The notes under the pieces: model-generated | Seen by the model: only the letters and a program-made list of their open reading frames with translations | Told to the model about the DNA's origin: nothing | Databases searched by the model: none | NCBI RefSeq assembly: GCF_024521635.1 | Contig: NW_026250409.1 | Coordinates: 806,001-870,000 of the forward strand | Length of the DNA: 64,000 bases | Reading direction: 5' to 3' | Source: Tricharina praecox | Lineage: Eukaryota | Position numbers and translations under genes: made by a program | In this document: piece by piece, positions 51,226 through 64,000 of the stretch | How the letters are laid out: each line of letters begins with the position of its first letter | Position numbering within the stretch: position 1 is the first letter of the stretch

Positions 51226-51655
51226 ACGTGACATTCAAGCGTCTGCATGCCGTGCAAACGAATTGCAGCTGGAACGAACGATGTAATGGCGTGAAGTTGA
51301 TAGAATCATCCGTAACGTTAACACTGTGTAATAATACCCATATGAATTCCTTCCTAAGCTGCTCAAACACCATCTTTGCAAAACCGTGACATGTAGTCAC
51401 TCCGAGCACACTCTCATGACCCGCATGCACAATCACGTGACAAGCCAGCCAAGCCACTAACCACACCGTGGGGGGACCTTGACGTCCAATCCCATCCCGT
51501 ACACTACCAACCGGACCGGGAACCAACCATCCACCTCACCACACCTCGAACCTCACCTCGAACCACGAAAGCACCACCACGACACACAGTACCTCCTCCT
51601 CCCACTCCCCACAACCCACTTCTACGATCACCGCTCACGCGGATTAAAACAGACA

Positions 51656-51896
51656 ATGGCAGGCCCCGGCTCCCACCCGATCCACATCCACCCCGCGCGC
51701 CCGCTATACCGCTTCGCCGCCACGGGCCTGGGAGCTACCATGTGGTTTTTCTTGATGTGAGTCCCTCTCACGAGCGAGCGGAATAGGGGAGGGGTCATGG
51801 GAAGGGAGTGAGTAAGTGCTGACGGGGAATGACAGGTACCGTGCCAAGAAGGATGGCGCTGTTCTGCTGGGACTGAAGCATCCTTGGGATCATTAG
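51656..51896 (+). CDS. NDUFB2: Complex I accessory subunit NDUFB2 (AGGG/NIGM-like), 2 exons
   Basis: MAGPGSHPIHIHPARPLYRFAATGLGATMWFFLM|YRAKKDGAVLLGLKHPWDH*. Confidence 0.85.
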
Positions 51897-52289
51897 ACGG
51901 TTGCGGAAGGAGTGGAATGGTTAGAATAGGGGCATGATGATGGTGCGGCATGAAGGGGGGAACGGAATATACACACGCTGTGACTCGGCGCGGTTTATCT
52001 TCTGCTGTGGGCTGTTTCTACGATGACGTCGGGAGCGGGATGGGTTGAGTTTCAATTGCGATATATGGCTACGGAATGTGCTTGTCTCTCGAGAGTGCCT
52101 GAGCTACGTTTTCGCATTGACGCACAAAGATGGCATGCGGATAAGGTTCGGGAATCTCTGAATTGCCGTGTAAACGAAATCGTGATAAACAGAACAGAAA
52201 ACAATCCACTCCTCTCCTCCACCGTTTGGATATGGTATAGTACACTTCTAATCTACTTTTTCTTCCTCCTCCCCTCCATCCCCTCCCCC

Positions 52290-55200
52290 CTAGAACCGCA
52301 TCTTCTCATTCATAATCTTATAAGCCTTCCTCTTTTTCCCGCCCTCACCGCCCTTCTTCGGTCCCAAGAGTCTCGAGAGCCACGGGAACAACTGTTGTTC
52401 TCCGGCCATCGACACGGCAAAGCCAACAACCGCTGCCGCCACGAGTACAAACTTGAAGTCTACCGGCATCTTCGTGAGTTGCATTAGGTCTGAGAGCCAC
52501 TGGGGACAGAAGAACAGCATGTATGAGGATATGGCGATGCCGAGGAGGGTTGTTGCTACGAAGGGGACTGATGGGTGGGTGTTAGTGGTCTCATCATACA
52601 GTTGATTTGGAACTTGACATACCGTTGTAACGTATCGGCAACCTGTATGGTGGCCCAACACTAAGTATCACGGCCGCAAAGATGTACTGGTAGCAAGAAA
52701 CCAGGAACAGTGTTGTGTTGGCGGAGTTCGGAATGTTGGCCTTCTCGTGGCTCAGAATTGGCGGGATGTACCAGCTCTGGACTTCGGCGGCCTTGTAGCA
52801 CGCAAACTGTAGGACGAAGGCGATGAAAATCTGCCCGAGAAGGGGCGTGAGGACTTTACGGGAGACGAGGCTGGCGGTGGGCCGTTTGGGGCTCAGAGTA
52901 GGGTATGGACCACTCCATCCCATGAATACCGCAATGGGCAGGATCAACAGAAGGTCGATGAATAAGAACTGGTAAAGAGTCAGCGGCCACCCAAACCTGG
53001 AACTAAACATGTCTTACCTGGAAATCACCCAGATTGGATCCGGATTTATATAGTATGCTGACGGACGTAAACTGGATAGCAGAGTACAAACTCATATACT
53101 TGAAGCAACTGAAGCTGGTGACCAATGCTGCACGTCCCTCTCGGATGACTTGTGGAACACACGAGATATCAAAGATCCTGCTGGTGAATGGTGCAGCGAC
53201 TGATGCTTCAGCTTCTGACAGAGATATGCCTACGTCTGCGGCTTTAAGGGCTCCACAGTCGTTTGCTCCATCGCCACAGAAACCGACGCAGTAGTCGAGG
53301 GCTTGAAGCTTTTCGACGAGTTCGTGCTTTTCGTCGGGTGACATTCGGGCGAAGACTTGCGAACGGACCAGCATCTAACCTGTTAGCAAGAGGACTAATT
53401 TGGCAGGGGAATTTCATACCCGGTTGATATAATCCTCGGAGGCATAGTCAATGATCCATCTGAAAGCTTCACCGGTAACAGCCATGCAGTAGTTGTGCAG
53501 ATTATATGTGCTGTATGGTCCAGCAATATCGGCTCCAGGCAACGGCAGAAGCGTAACATCATCGAGGAAGACTGGAGTACCATCGATAGTTTCCCAATGT
53601 ATCCTTGCATCCTCGCTTTGCGAATTGCCCTCTCCAAAATGCGGCACAAAGACCAGGCAGTCATCAATCAGCTTGCACTTCTGGGCCACACTGATGGCCG
53701 TGAGTATATTATCTCCGGTGCACATGACGGTGCGGATGGCGGCCTTTCTTAGCTCCTCAATCACGGGAGTTGTCGAGTCCTTGAGCTTGTTTTCGAAAAC
53801 AATGAACCCAGCAAAATCGAGGCCAGACTCGGCGTCTTCACGCTTCATCTTTTGAGCTTTGATCCAGGTCAGGTTGGGAATGTGCTTCGTTGCGCAGGCA
53901 ATCACTCGGTATCCGCTGCGAGTGTAATGCTCAAGAATGGTGTCGTAGTCCGGGGGAACTGTAGCAAGAAATGGTTAACACTCGTGGAGCCACTGGATAC
54001 GGGGTACTTACAACTCAGTGAGTTACAGATCTCGCGCATGCATTCCGGCGCTCCTTTGACGTAGATGTCACCGCCCGAGGCACGGAATCGTTTGACAATA
54101 ACGCTGGACCGTCTGAGTTGTGAAACGAACTCGAAGATCTTCAATATCCCTAGTTCCTGAGTGGGGTTCTGCAGCTGTCAGTGATCACGAATTGATACTC
54201 AACACCGAGAAACTTACAAGGTTGGAAGCCGTGTGACTCTGACGCGGACGGACAACAGATGGCGACAGCCCACTACTGGGACCATTCTCCGCGTTCCGTG
54301 GATCATGAATGTTGCCGCTGTTCGTATTCCCACCTTCGCCCTCTTGAAAGACCCAATCCGTGAACTCAAACATCTTCAGGTCTAGCGGATCGCCAATCAA
54401 CTCGTCGTCCACAAGCCTTAGGGAATGACACGTTGCCATGGTGTTGAAAAGTGATATAAACGGTGATTGATCGGTTTTTGAGCCTTGGGTGTCGGCCTTC
54501 AGTAACGCACGAGAGGTCTCGATGAGCTCGGAAAATTTGTGCGGATACGAGGTCACAGAGTGAACACCAAGTACGTCCAATCCATCCTCAGTAAGAGTAC
54601 CGGTTTTGTCAAAACAGACCACGTCGAGCTTTCCGCCGATATTGACCCTCTGCGGACTGATGCAGAAGATGCTACTCTTCTTCAGGCGTGAGAGAGCAAA
54701 GTTGGTACCAATCGTCAATGTCGCAGGCAAAGCTGGAGGGACGACGATGGTGATCAGATCTAATGCTCTGATAATGATAAGGTGCCACTCTAGGCCTAGC
54801 CGGATAAAGTTGACGAAAGAGACAATGAATCCAAGACCAGCAATCGCACCCATTACGGCGATATACTTGAAAGAATCACGGTAGAACTTGAAGCCTGTGG
54901 GTTTGGGGAACAGCATTGACCGAACCAGAGCACCTTTGGTGGTGTTGAATCCCGTGCGAACGACCATGGCCAAGGCAACAGCCTCCTCTTCGATCCCATC
55001 TTGGGGCTTGCGGGCTCGAATGATCTTGGTTCCGCAGAATAGGAACGATTTGGCCACTGCTGGGTGTACGGAAGCCGCGCCGAGGTCAAGCAGGTGAAGG
55101 GCTTCATTGTTGCAGGGTAGTTTGGAAACCGGTACCGATTCGCCTATAAATGTCAGTGAGAGGTCCTGCTTGCAAGGAAGAGTGTCGATTACCAGTCAGC

Positions 55201-56880
55201 ATGCTCTCGTTAACGATACAATCTCCGGTAAGGAGAAGACTATCGCAAGGGAATAAAGACAGTTCCCCATCCGTGATTTCGTAGACATCGCCTGGGATGA
55301 GATCGGAAGATGCGATGTAACGCCCTGGTACTGTGAGCCCACGGAAGCCAGATCAAAAGGAAGTCAACATACAGAAGCCGTTCCTCAGAACTCGAACGTT
55401 GCAGACGAATCGGGAGACTTCTCTCAGACGACGCATCGTCTAACATATTGTAAGTCCAAGCACCGGAAATCAAAGATGATCTCTCAATAACCCACCGATT
55501 TTGTTTCGAGCAGGGTACTCATGATACTAAACAGCGAAATGAGGAAGATGCACACGGCGTAGTAGTAATATTCGTCGAGGGACCAAAGTACAAGACTTGC
55601 AATCTGAAATACGTAGAATGGATGGAAAGCCTGGATTCACAATGCGAACATTTCTTCAGCTTCATACACTCGTGCCAGATGTAGGAGTGAAAAGGAGGGC
55701 GAGCAGTGGCACCAACCTCATCAACCAGGATCTGCATGGTAGTTTTCTCTTCAATGTCCATCACATTATCTCCAAAAACGGTTTGTCTATAGCCCTTCTC
55801 GTCTCCGTCGAGACCCATCCTCAGTGACCGTACGTCATCCCACGAAGGGTCTCGCCAGTGGTTATTGAGCATAAATCTATCCTGCAGAGGGTGGTAGCAG
55901 AATCTTATGTAGCGATAATCTAGGTACTGCAGTTGCTGTACAATTGGGTCATCGTCGTCGTAGTCGTCCGATGCATGGACGCTGATGGACTTTTCTTTGC
56001 CTTGTCCGAAGATGGTTGACAATGTCTGTCCGTATTCGCGTCGTTTGACATTGTACGACGAGAATTCGTTCCATTGGTTCTGCATGAAGCATTGTGGTTA
56101 GAAATCTGCAGCGCTTGATACGCGCCTCCCCTAAGATGACTTACCTCGATCACCACCCAGTCACAATCACCGAGAGGCGATGTCTTGCCAATGAGCCTGA
56201 CGTGCGCCCGGGGAAACCACCGGAAAACCAGCCACGCAACTCCCAATGTTAACCACGATGTAGCAAGATAGATCGTGTACCCAATCTTGCTGGTGGCGAA
56301 TCCAGTCACAGCAATAGTGAGGTCCTCGGAGGCAATGTAGATGGTCTGACTTGTCCTGTGCGGTTGTCGGTTCGAGCCTGGTTCCCTATCCCTATGCCGT
56401 ATCAACGGATCCGACACCCGTGCATCCTGCGCTGACGATTTCCGGCGCAGCGAGAGGCTGTGCCGTCGTATTGACTGACTATCCCGCCGGATCGAAAGAC
56501 TGTCCCTGCGATTGTAACTCTCCTCCTCGATATCGAAATCCGACTCCTCTAGTGCCTCATCGTCGCCGCTTCCAATCATACGCTCTTGTTCGTCTTCCCT
56601 CTGATAGAACGACCAACTAGTAACTGAGTCTGTCCGCGGCCGCCGTCGATGCTGAAACGAAGCCGCACTCGTGGGAAGACTTTCCGACGTTGGTCCTGCA
56701 AAGATCTGAAGCCTTATTAGCACCTTCAATGTCAGATCCCACGGGCTTGTGGACACACACCTCATCCTGTGCCATTTCCACATCGCTGTAAAAACTCGAA
56801 ATGCTAATAATCGAGTCGCGCCGGCCGCGATTCGGCCTGGGATCCCGCGACGAATGCATATCGTTGACATCCTCCGGCAT
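52290..56880 (-). CDS. YPK9: P5B-type ATPase (Ypk9/ATP13A2-like), about 12 exons; start codon uncertain (an extra 5' exon is possible)
   Basis: [81 protein letters not shown], and C-terminal TM helices. Confidence 0.93.
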
Positions 56881-57254
56881 AGTTGAGGAACGTTCGATAT
56901 GTGATGAGTGACGGTTGGAGAAGGTTCTTTAGAACCAGATACCGCAGTTATTTGTTTGTCGACGAGCTTTCCGTCCTTGTGGGAGGTGTGTGGGGTGTGG
57001 TTGATGCTACAAACGATAACTTTATGAGTGCATCCTTCGCGTCCAAGGATGGATGCACTTATGGATAGACAACCCGCGTTTTCTGCACCTTCATATGTCA
57101 TGGTCTTGGCTTGCATGGAGGTGCCGGAAATCTAGCCTTCCGCAGCATAGCGCCTGCCCCTCGTGATCGAAGACTCAACCCCACCATCAACCCGCCGCCG
57201 TCACCGCCACCATAACCACCACCACCGCGATCGCATATCTCAAATCCTACAACC

Positions 57255-59100
57255 ATGGCACCCCGAACCTCTGCCGTACCCTCTGGCGGCAAGACCGGCG
57301 GCAAGAAGCACGGAAATCTCGCGCCCGAGCGCGAACGGTTTATGCAAGCATGCGCAGACATCGCACACCAACTGATCCAAGACCATGAAGAGAACGACGG
57401 ATCAAAGGTCACGAACCTGAACTCGCTGCGAGGCCAGGTCTCGAAAAAACACAAGCTGAGCACTATACCACCGCTCACAGCGATCATGGCGGCGATCCCG
57501 GAACATTATAAGAAGTACATCAACTGGAAGCTTATTCAGAAGCCGGTGCGGACGAGCTCGGGGATTGCGGTCGTTGCGGTCATGTGTAAACCCCATCGGT
57601 GCCCACATATTGCCTATGTAAGGCTCGACCACCTAGTAATTATCTTGAGGCGAAAGCTAAGTGAATGATAGACTGGAAATATCTGTGTATACTGCCCCGG
57701 AGGTCCCGATTCGGACTTTGAGTACAGTACCCAATCATACACCGGATACGAGCCCACATCGATGAGAGCAATTCGAGCCCGCTACGATCCGTTCGAGCAA
57801 GCACGAGGCAGAGTGGACCAGCTGCGACAGCTCGGCCATAGTGTAGACAAGGTGGAATACATCATCATGGGTGGAACGTTCATGTCATTGCCAGAGAGCT
57901 ACAGGGACTGGTTCATTGCCAGTCTGCACAATGCATTGTCCGGCTACACTGCTGAAAACGTGGACGAGGCCGTCGAATTGGCCGAGCAATCGCAGACGAA
58001 GTGTGTCGGCATCACCATCGAGACACGGCCCGACTATTGTCTGGACCAACATCTCAGCTCCATGTTGCGGTATGGCTGCACACGACTCGAGATCGGTGTG
58101 CAGAGTCTCTACGAGGACGTAGCACGGGATACCAATCGAGGCCACACTGTTAAGGCAGTATGTGAAAGCTTCCGTCTGGCGAAGGACGCAGGCTACAAAG
58201 TTGTATCGCACATGATGCCGGATCTTCCCAACGTTGGCATGGAGCGAGACTTGGACCAGTTCAAAGAGTACTTCGAAAACCCCGACTTCCGCACTGACGG
58301 TCTCAAGATCTACCCTACCCTCGTCATCCGCGGCACAGGTCTCTACGAGCTCTGGCGCACCGGCCGCTACAAGAACTACACCCCCAACGCCCTGATCGAC
58401 CTCGTGGCCCGCATCCTTGCGCTGATCCCTCCCTGGACGCGAATCTACCGTGTCCAGCGCGACATCCCGATGCCGCTCGTCACCGCCGGTGTCGAAAACG
58501 GCAACCTCCGCGAGCTGGCCTTGAGCAGAATGAAAGACTTCGGGACAACTTGTCGCGACGTGCGCACGCGCGAAGTCGGCATCCAGGAGGTCAAAAACAA
58601 AGTCCGACCAGACCAGGTTGAGTTCCTGCGGAGGGACTATGCTGCCAATGGTGGTTGGGAGACGTTTCTCAGCTATGAAGACCCTAAGCAGGATATTTTG
58701 ATCGGCTTGCTGCGGCTGAGGAAGTGCTCGGATCGGACATTCAGGAAGGAACTCACTGGGCAACCGACGAGCTTGGTAAGAGAGCTTCATGTGTATGGAT
58801 CTGCTGTCCCGGTTCATTCGAGGAATCCGCGGAAGTATCAACACCAGGGATATGGAACGCTCTTGATGGAAGCGGCAGAGAGGATTGCGAAATATGAGCA
58901 CAGAAGCAAGAAGATCTCAGTGTATGTTCCTCCCTCACAAATGATCTTCCGGAAGAAAGCGTGCTGATTCTGTTGATTACAGTATATCTGGAGTCGGTGT
59001 GAGAAATTATTACGCAAAGCTTGGGTATTGGCTTGACGGTCCGTACATGAGTAAGTGGCTAGACAGCGATGATGATGATGAGTCCTCGGACGAAGAATGA
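57255..59100 (+). CDS. ELP3: Elongator catalytic subunit Elp3 (radical SAM + KAT domain), 3 exons
   Basis: [87 protein letters not shown] at 59098-59100. Confidence 0.97.
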
Positions 59101-59587
59101 AACACTCCAAAAGGTTCTTGATGGGGAGGGGCGTGAGGCGTTGGTCTATTTTTCTTCTTTGCTTAGATGTTACGAGATACGGTCTTTAGATGTCGTGTAA
59201 AAGCATAGAGTCTGATTTCTATCAGGGGTCAATGACATCTAACTACATCTCCATCCATTCAATCACGCACAAAATACCCGCTTGCCTGCCTACCCGTAGG
59301 AAAAAACCTGAAGCCATTGAACTGGACTGAACCCGCACAACTTTAAAAGTACAGAAAGAGAAATCAGATCACATCTTGCACGTTATGTTACGTGAGCGTG
59401 AAAAAGAGACAGACGGAGAGAGAAAGGAAAGAAAGAAAGGAAAAACGAGAACCGGTTATGAAAAACATGTAGAAGACTAGAACCAAACTACCGGAGCAAC
59501 GGTAAAGGATGAAAGGTAAATGTGGAGAAAAGAAGAGAAAGCACCAAACGTCAACAAAAAAACCCAGCCCAATTTTACTGATCCATT

Positions 59588-62500
59588 TCAATCCGAATCG
59601 TCTGGACTATCGGCACGATCCGGAGACCCAGCTGGTGGGTTCCGGACCTTGAGACGGATGTGAGGTGTTTCCGTCGCTGTGGGCGTACCGGCGCTCGACA
59701 CTGCGCCAGTGGAGGTGCCGTCGCCCACCGAACTACCGGCCACCCCGTCATAGTTCTTCTTTTCTTCGGCGAAGCGGGCATCAAGTTCGGCCTAGATTGA
59801 TGTTAGGTCTAGGAACGTGATTTAAGGCAGAGATTATAACTTACTTCCATGGCATTAGCATCTTCAACCACAATTGATCCCTCCTCGTTATATATCCGAG
59901 CGTTGGCAAACATCATCTTGAAATCCGCCTGGAATTGCTCTAACGAAGTATAATCGCCGTTCTTCATGCGCTTCTTGATCTCGTTGAAACTGATCGGCTG
60001 CTTGATAATGTGATAGTAGTCAGGGAAGATCTTTTTACTTGGCAGTTTCTCGAAGATATCCGAACGAAGACGTCCAGTATCAGGCTCCTCCAAGTTCTTG
60101 ACAGCTTCAAATATGCTCTCATACGCCGCCTGGAGTACAGCACGACTGCCGAGAACTCCGTCGGATGACACGAACCCCGCTTTGTTCACACGTTGTCGCT
60201 TTCTGGGCTTTATGATCGTTAAAGCATACTCCGGAAAAAGTAGGATGGATGCAACATACCTTTGGTGTTACTTCCTCAACCTCTTCCATGCGGCGTTTCT
60301 CCGCATTGGACTTCCTTCCCCGTTTGCGCTTGATAGTGGGTGGAGGTACGGGCTCTTCGGGACTCTCGGGTGGTGGCGAGCTGCCTTCGCCCTCCTCCTC
60401 GTAGCCAGCTGTACCACGCTTGGCTTTGTTGGATTGACGGCGCTCGATACGGGCACGCTTGCGGTTCACAGCGTCCTCGATACTGTCCTCGTCGTTGTCG
60501 ATGGCGTCTAGCCACTGCTCTTCGGTCAAGCCATCATCGTAGCTGGTAACCTTGCGTTCACGAGCCCCACGACCAATAGGTCCCACAGGCTCCTCAATCG
60601 GCAGTACATCGTCCTGCAGGTAGAGAGATGGCAACTCGGCATCGGTGAATAGTCTCGACCTCCTGCCTTCGCCGTAGACCGGATCAAGCTCTCTCTCTTG
60701 ATCCATCTTCTTGAACAGGATCAATTCGTTAGGGTTGCGCGCACAGATTTCGTTCAGCTCATCATCGTCCAGTTCCTCATTATCACCGGCTTCCTTCTCC
60801 TCTGCCTCCAACATGACACGTAACAAGGCATCACGTTCCTCGCTGGTCGATTTGTTATCGAATTTACCGGCCTGGATGACCTTGCCATCAATATCCAACT
60901 TGTATTGAGCACGCTCCAAGATTCGTTCCTCGACTGAGTTGGAGGTGATCAACCGCAGAATTCTGACTTCGTTCTTCTGACCGATACGATGGGCACGATC
61001 CTGAGCCTGCAAATCCTGATGAGGATTCCAATCCGAATCGTAGATGATAACGGTGTCCGCGGACTGCAAGTTCAATCCCAAACCTCCAGCACGAGTCGAG
61101 AGCAAGAAAATGAAGTAGGGCGAATCCGGAGCGTTGAACTGCTTCAACAACTCGGAACGATCGTCGGCTTTAGTCGACCCATCCAAACGCAAGTACCTAA
61201 ACCCACGCAGGTGAAGGAAATCTTCCATGATGTTCATGATTTGCGTCATCTGGAAGAAGATGAGGACCTATGCAAAATTAGTCACTGGTCCTTTGCCAAC
61301 ACGCACATCCTCGCGCTTTACCTTATGTCCAGTGTGAAAAAACTTGGGCAATAATCGGTCCAGCAGCTCAAACTTTCCGGCCGTACGCCAGAGCGAATCA
61401 TTGTTAATCTTCGTTGGGTTGACCGCGCTTTCAACCTCTTCGAAAACGAAAGGATGGTTACAGAGCTTTCGCAACTGCATGATCATATTGCTTAGACCCT
61501 TGACACCGAGTTTTCTACTAAAGTCAGTATTCTGAACATAGCATTGGTTCTGAGTTGGTGATAACATACCCGCCCTTGTCTTCATTGTTGACATATAGGA
61601 TGCCATTGTTCATCATTTGCGTGTAGAGCTTAGCCTGCAAAGCCGATAGCTTGCACTTGACGACCTTCTCAACCTTGTCGGGAAGTTCGGACTCGACATC
61701 CTTCTTCAGGCGACGCAGCAAGAACGGCCGGAGGACCTGATGGAGACGACGAATGACTAGCAAAGCCTCTTCTTCCGTGAGCTCCATCTTATCCTGTCCT
61801 CCCGTATTTGCAAACGGAGTATTGAACCATTCGTCGAAGCTCTTGACCGATTTGAAAATGGTCGGAAGAACGAAGTTGAGAAGCGCCCACAGCTCTGGCA
61901 AATTGTTTTGCAGCGGTGTACCCGTCAAGATCAACCGGTAACGGCAGTTGTAGTACGTAGACAAGGTCGCGCTGAGCTTGGACTGGGCGTTCTTCATCCT
62001 GTGACCTTCATCGATGATCATGTAGTTCCATTTGACCTTGCTCAGAATCGGGCGGTCCTTGATAATGTACTCGTAGGTAGTCAACAGAACCTGCCAATTG
62101 CCGTATTTGATGTGGTTTTGCTGGGTTTTCCGAATACTAGGCGGCCCCTTGTACACAATTTTCCCCACTGTAGGGGCCCACTTCTCGAATTCGATGGTCC
62201 AATTGGTGAGAGTACTCAATGGTACAATCACCAAGAACGGCCCATTCTGGTTCTTCTTCTCAATCAGGTACGTTACCAGTGAAATCGTCTCTGTATCGCG
62301 ATGGTTAACAGGGCTCACACCTCAACAATCAAGCCAGATATATCTTACGAATGGTTTTTCCAAGACCCATCTCGTCGGCCAAGATACCGTTCAAGTTATT
62401 GTTGTACAGCGAAATCATCCACTGCAAACCCTTGACTTGATACTCCTTCAAGGTTCCACCAGTCAAAATCGCGGGTTGCACCTTGATTTCTTCCTTGATA

Positions 62501-63876
62501 CGATGAGCAACATTGAAGTAGTCCACCTTTCCTTCCTCCACCTCATTGGCATCCTCCGCATAGTAACCTTCGTTTTCACCATAGTTCTGAACAGCATCGC
62601 GTTGCTGCTGTCGGACACTAGCTGCAAGCGAGTGGAGGAACGAATCGGTCTGCTTGAGAAGATGTGTGATACGAGTATCCTTCGCCTGACCAAGCAATTT
62701 GAAGTAGGCAACCTCGTCGTTGGCCTTGAGAGCCTGCAGACGCTGCTTGGCCATACGCTCCATCCTCTTCTGCTCCTCCTTCTCCATGAACTGATGGTGG
62801 CTCTGCATCAGGCGTCCCAGCTTCTGAGCCTTTGCCTCCTTGGCCCGAGCCGCCGCCTTGATCTCGGTGCCGTGCGCAATAACACCCAGGATGTAATCCA
62901 CATGCTTGCGCCGTTCCTTCTGTTCGCGCTGATCCCGTTGCTGTTTCTCCAGCTTTTCGGTCATACGCGCTTCCCGCAAGGACTGCTTCTTCATACGTCT
63001 GAACATGGAGCGATTCGACGAAACCGCGAGATTGTCGGCATGGACCATACGATTGACAAGATCCTGGCGCATCGCTCGCTGCCTCGACTGAAGGCAAAGT
63101 GCTTTATATTCGATCAACGCCTTCAGCTTGAGAGAGTCATCAACAACATCCAAGCCTTTCTTGGTGTTGAATTCGGCCAGATTGCTAGGCAAGTCTTCAA
63201 GCTCAGCTTTTCGCGCGGCGATTCGGTTGTGCTTGACACGTTCGCGTTCCTCTTGGAGGTGGGCGACATCGATTCCTGTAGGCATGATGCTGGGGATCAT
63301 GAGCCTCTTTTCGCGCGAGCCGTGGTCATGGTATGAGATAAAGGCCTGGAGGTGGTTCCAAGGGGACTCATAATCAGGCTGCCGTCGCTTGTCCTTCAGT
63401 TTGTCAATAGCAGTCGATACTCCTTGCACGGTTGGTGTCTGGGAGCCAGGCCTCGGAGGGTAAAGGAACGCCGCCTGGATGTTAGCCGGCACGGACTTGT
63501 TACGAGTGATGAACTTGAATGCCATAATCTGACTCCTCAAGACAGCAAGTTGTTCCGGAGTAAAGCTGGAGCTAGCAGAGTTGACGGATTGTGCCATATT
63601 CGGTGCCATAGTTTGCGTACCCTTGCCGCCGGCAAGCATCATTGTCATTGGGTCCATCGCGGGGCGCTGCTTTGGCGAAGACGGGGAGTTGTAGCCCTGG
63701 GGTGATGCCTGAGGGACGGGACGGGATTGCGATAATCGACCTACACGGCCCGATGTCAGTAGATATGGCGGGAATGGAAAGGCATGCGCCGTACCATTTA
63801 CTTGCGGCACGCCCTGGGGCACAGCGCGGCTATCACCAGGGCCACCAGCGTGATGTTGGATCTGCTGCTGTTGTTG

Positions 63877-63907
<31 letters not shown>

Positions 63908-64000
63908 TGTTGATGGGCCATGTGCTGGCGCGCCTGGACCATCTTTAAGTAGTTCGACAGCTGCGCGAACTCGGGGTTCGACTCGTTCGCGCCTTGCTCT
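59588..64000 (-). CDS. SNF2: SWI/SNF-RSC chromatin-remodelling ATPase (Snf2/Sth1/Snf21); 5' end lies beyond the window
   Basis: PolyQ, QLQ domain ([17 protein letters not shown]), HSA, helicase motifs ([43 protein letters not shown]), SnAC, AT-hook KRKRGRKS and bromodomain ([20 protein letters not shown]). Ends PDDSD*. Confidence 0.96.
63863..63912 (-). repeat. CAG/CAA trinucleotide repeat encoding polyQ in SNF2
   Basis: (tgc/tgt)n on the + strand translates to a Q-run in ORF 62329-63942. Confidence 0.9.

Noticed and set aside
57885..63336. Long antisense ORFs 57885-58901 (-) and 62098-63336 (+)
   Set aside because: Shadows of the ELP3 and SNF2 coding exons caused by codon bias.
1..64000. 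tRNA, rRNA, snRNA, transposon, CRISPR or secondary-metabolite genes
   Set aside because: No diagnostic motifs found by eye. tRNAscan-SE, Rfam and RepeatMasker runs are needed to exclude them formally.

Overview
Eukaryotic DNA from a filamentous ascomycete fungus (inferred from short GT-AG introns with CTRAC/CTRAY branch points and from gene content). I can assemble 21 protein-coding genes by hand, all but ureF spliced, mostly conserved housekeeping genes. In order: importin-13/Kap122-like karyopherin (+), RFX transcription factor (-), YOP1 (+), ATG101 (-), PEX3 (+), SIS1-type DnaJ (+), ureF (-), an uncharacterised multi-TM/GPCR-like gene (+), a small hypothetical membrane protein (-), Snf1 beta subunit GAL83 (+), SET methyltransferase RKM4 (-), SARAF-like (-), PAM16 (+), RVS161 (-), SAT4/HAL4 kinase (-), CaMKK (-), BET5 (+), NDUFB2 (+), P5B ATPase YPK9 (-), ELP3 (+) and a 5'-truncated SNF2/STH1 ATPase (-). 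Two long gene-poor stretches (about 18.5-23.6 kb and 37.3-48.0 kb) carry micro- and minisatellites. I found no transposon, CRISPR, rRNA, tRNA or biosynthetic cluster, and no convincing novel multi-gene system. The most notable signals concern splicing and regulation: a 3-nt microexon or recursive splice site, four GC-AG introns, five AAG acceptors, X-box-like sites upstream of the RFX gene itself, and a Pam16 lacking its usual hydrophobic N-terminus. Exon boundaries are manual predictions without RNA evidence.
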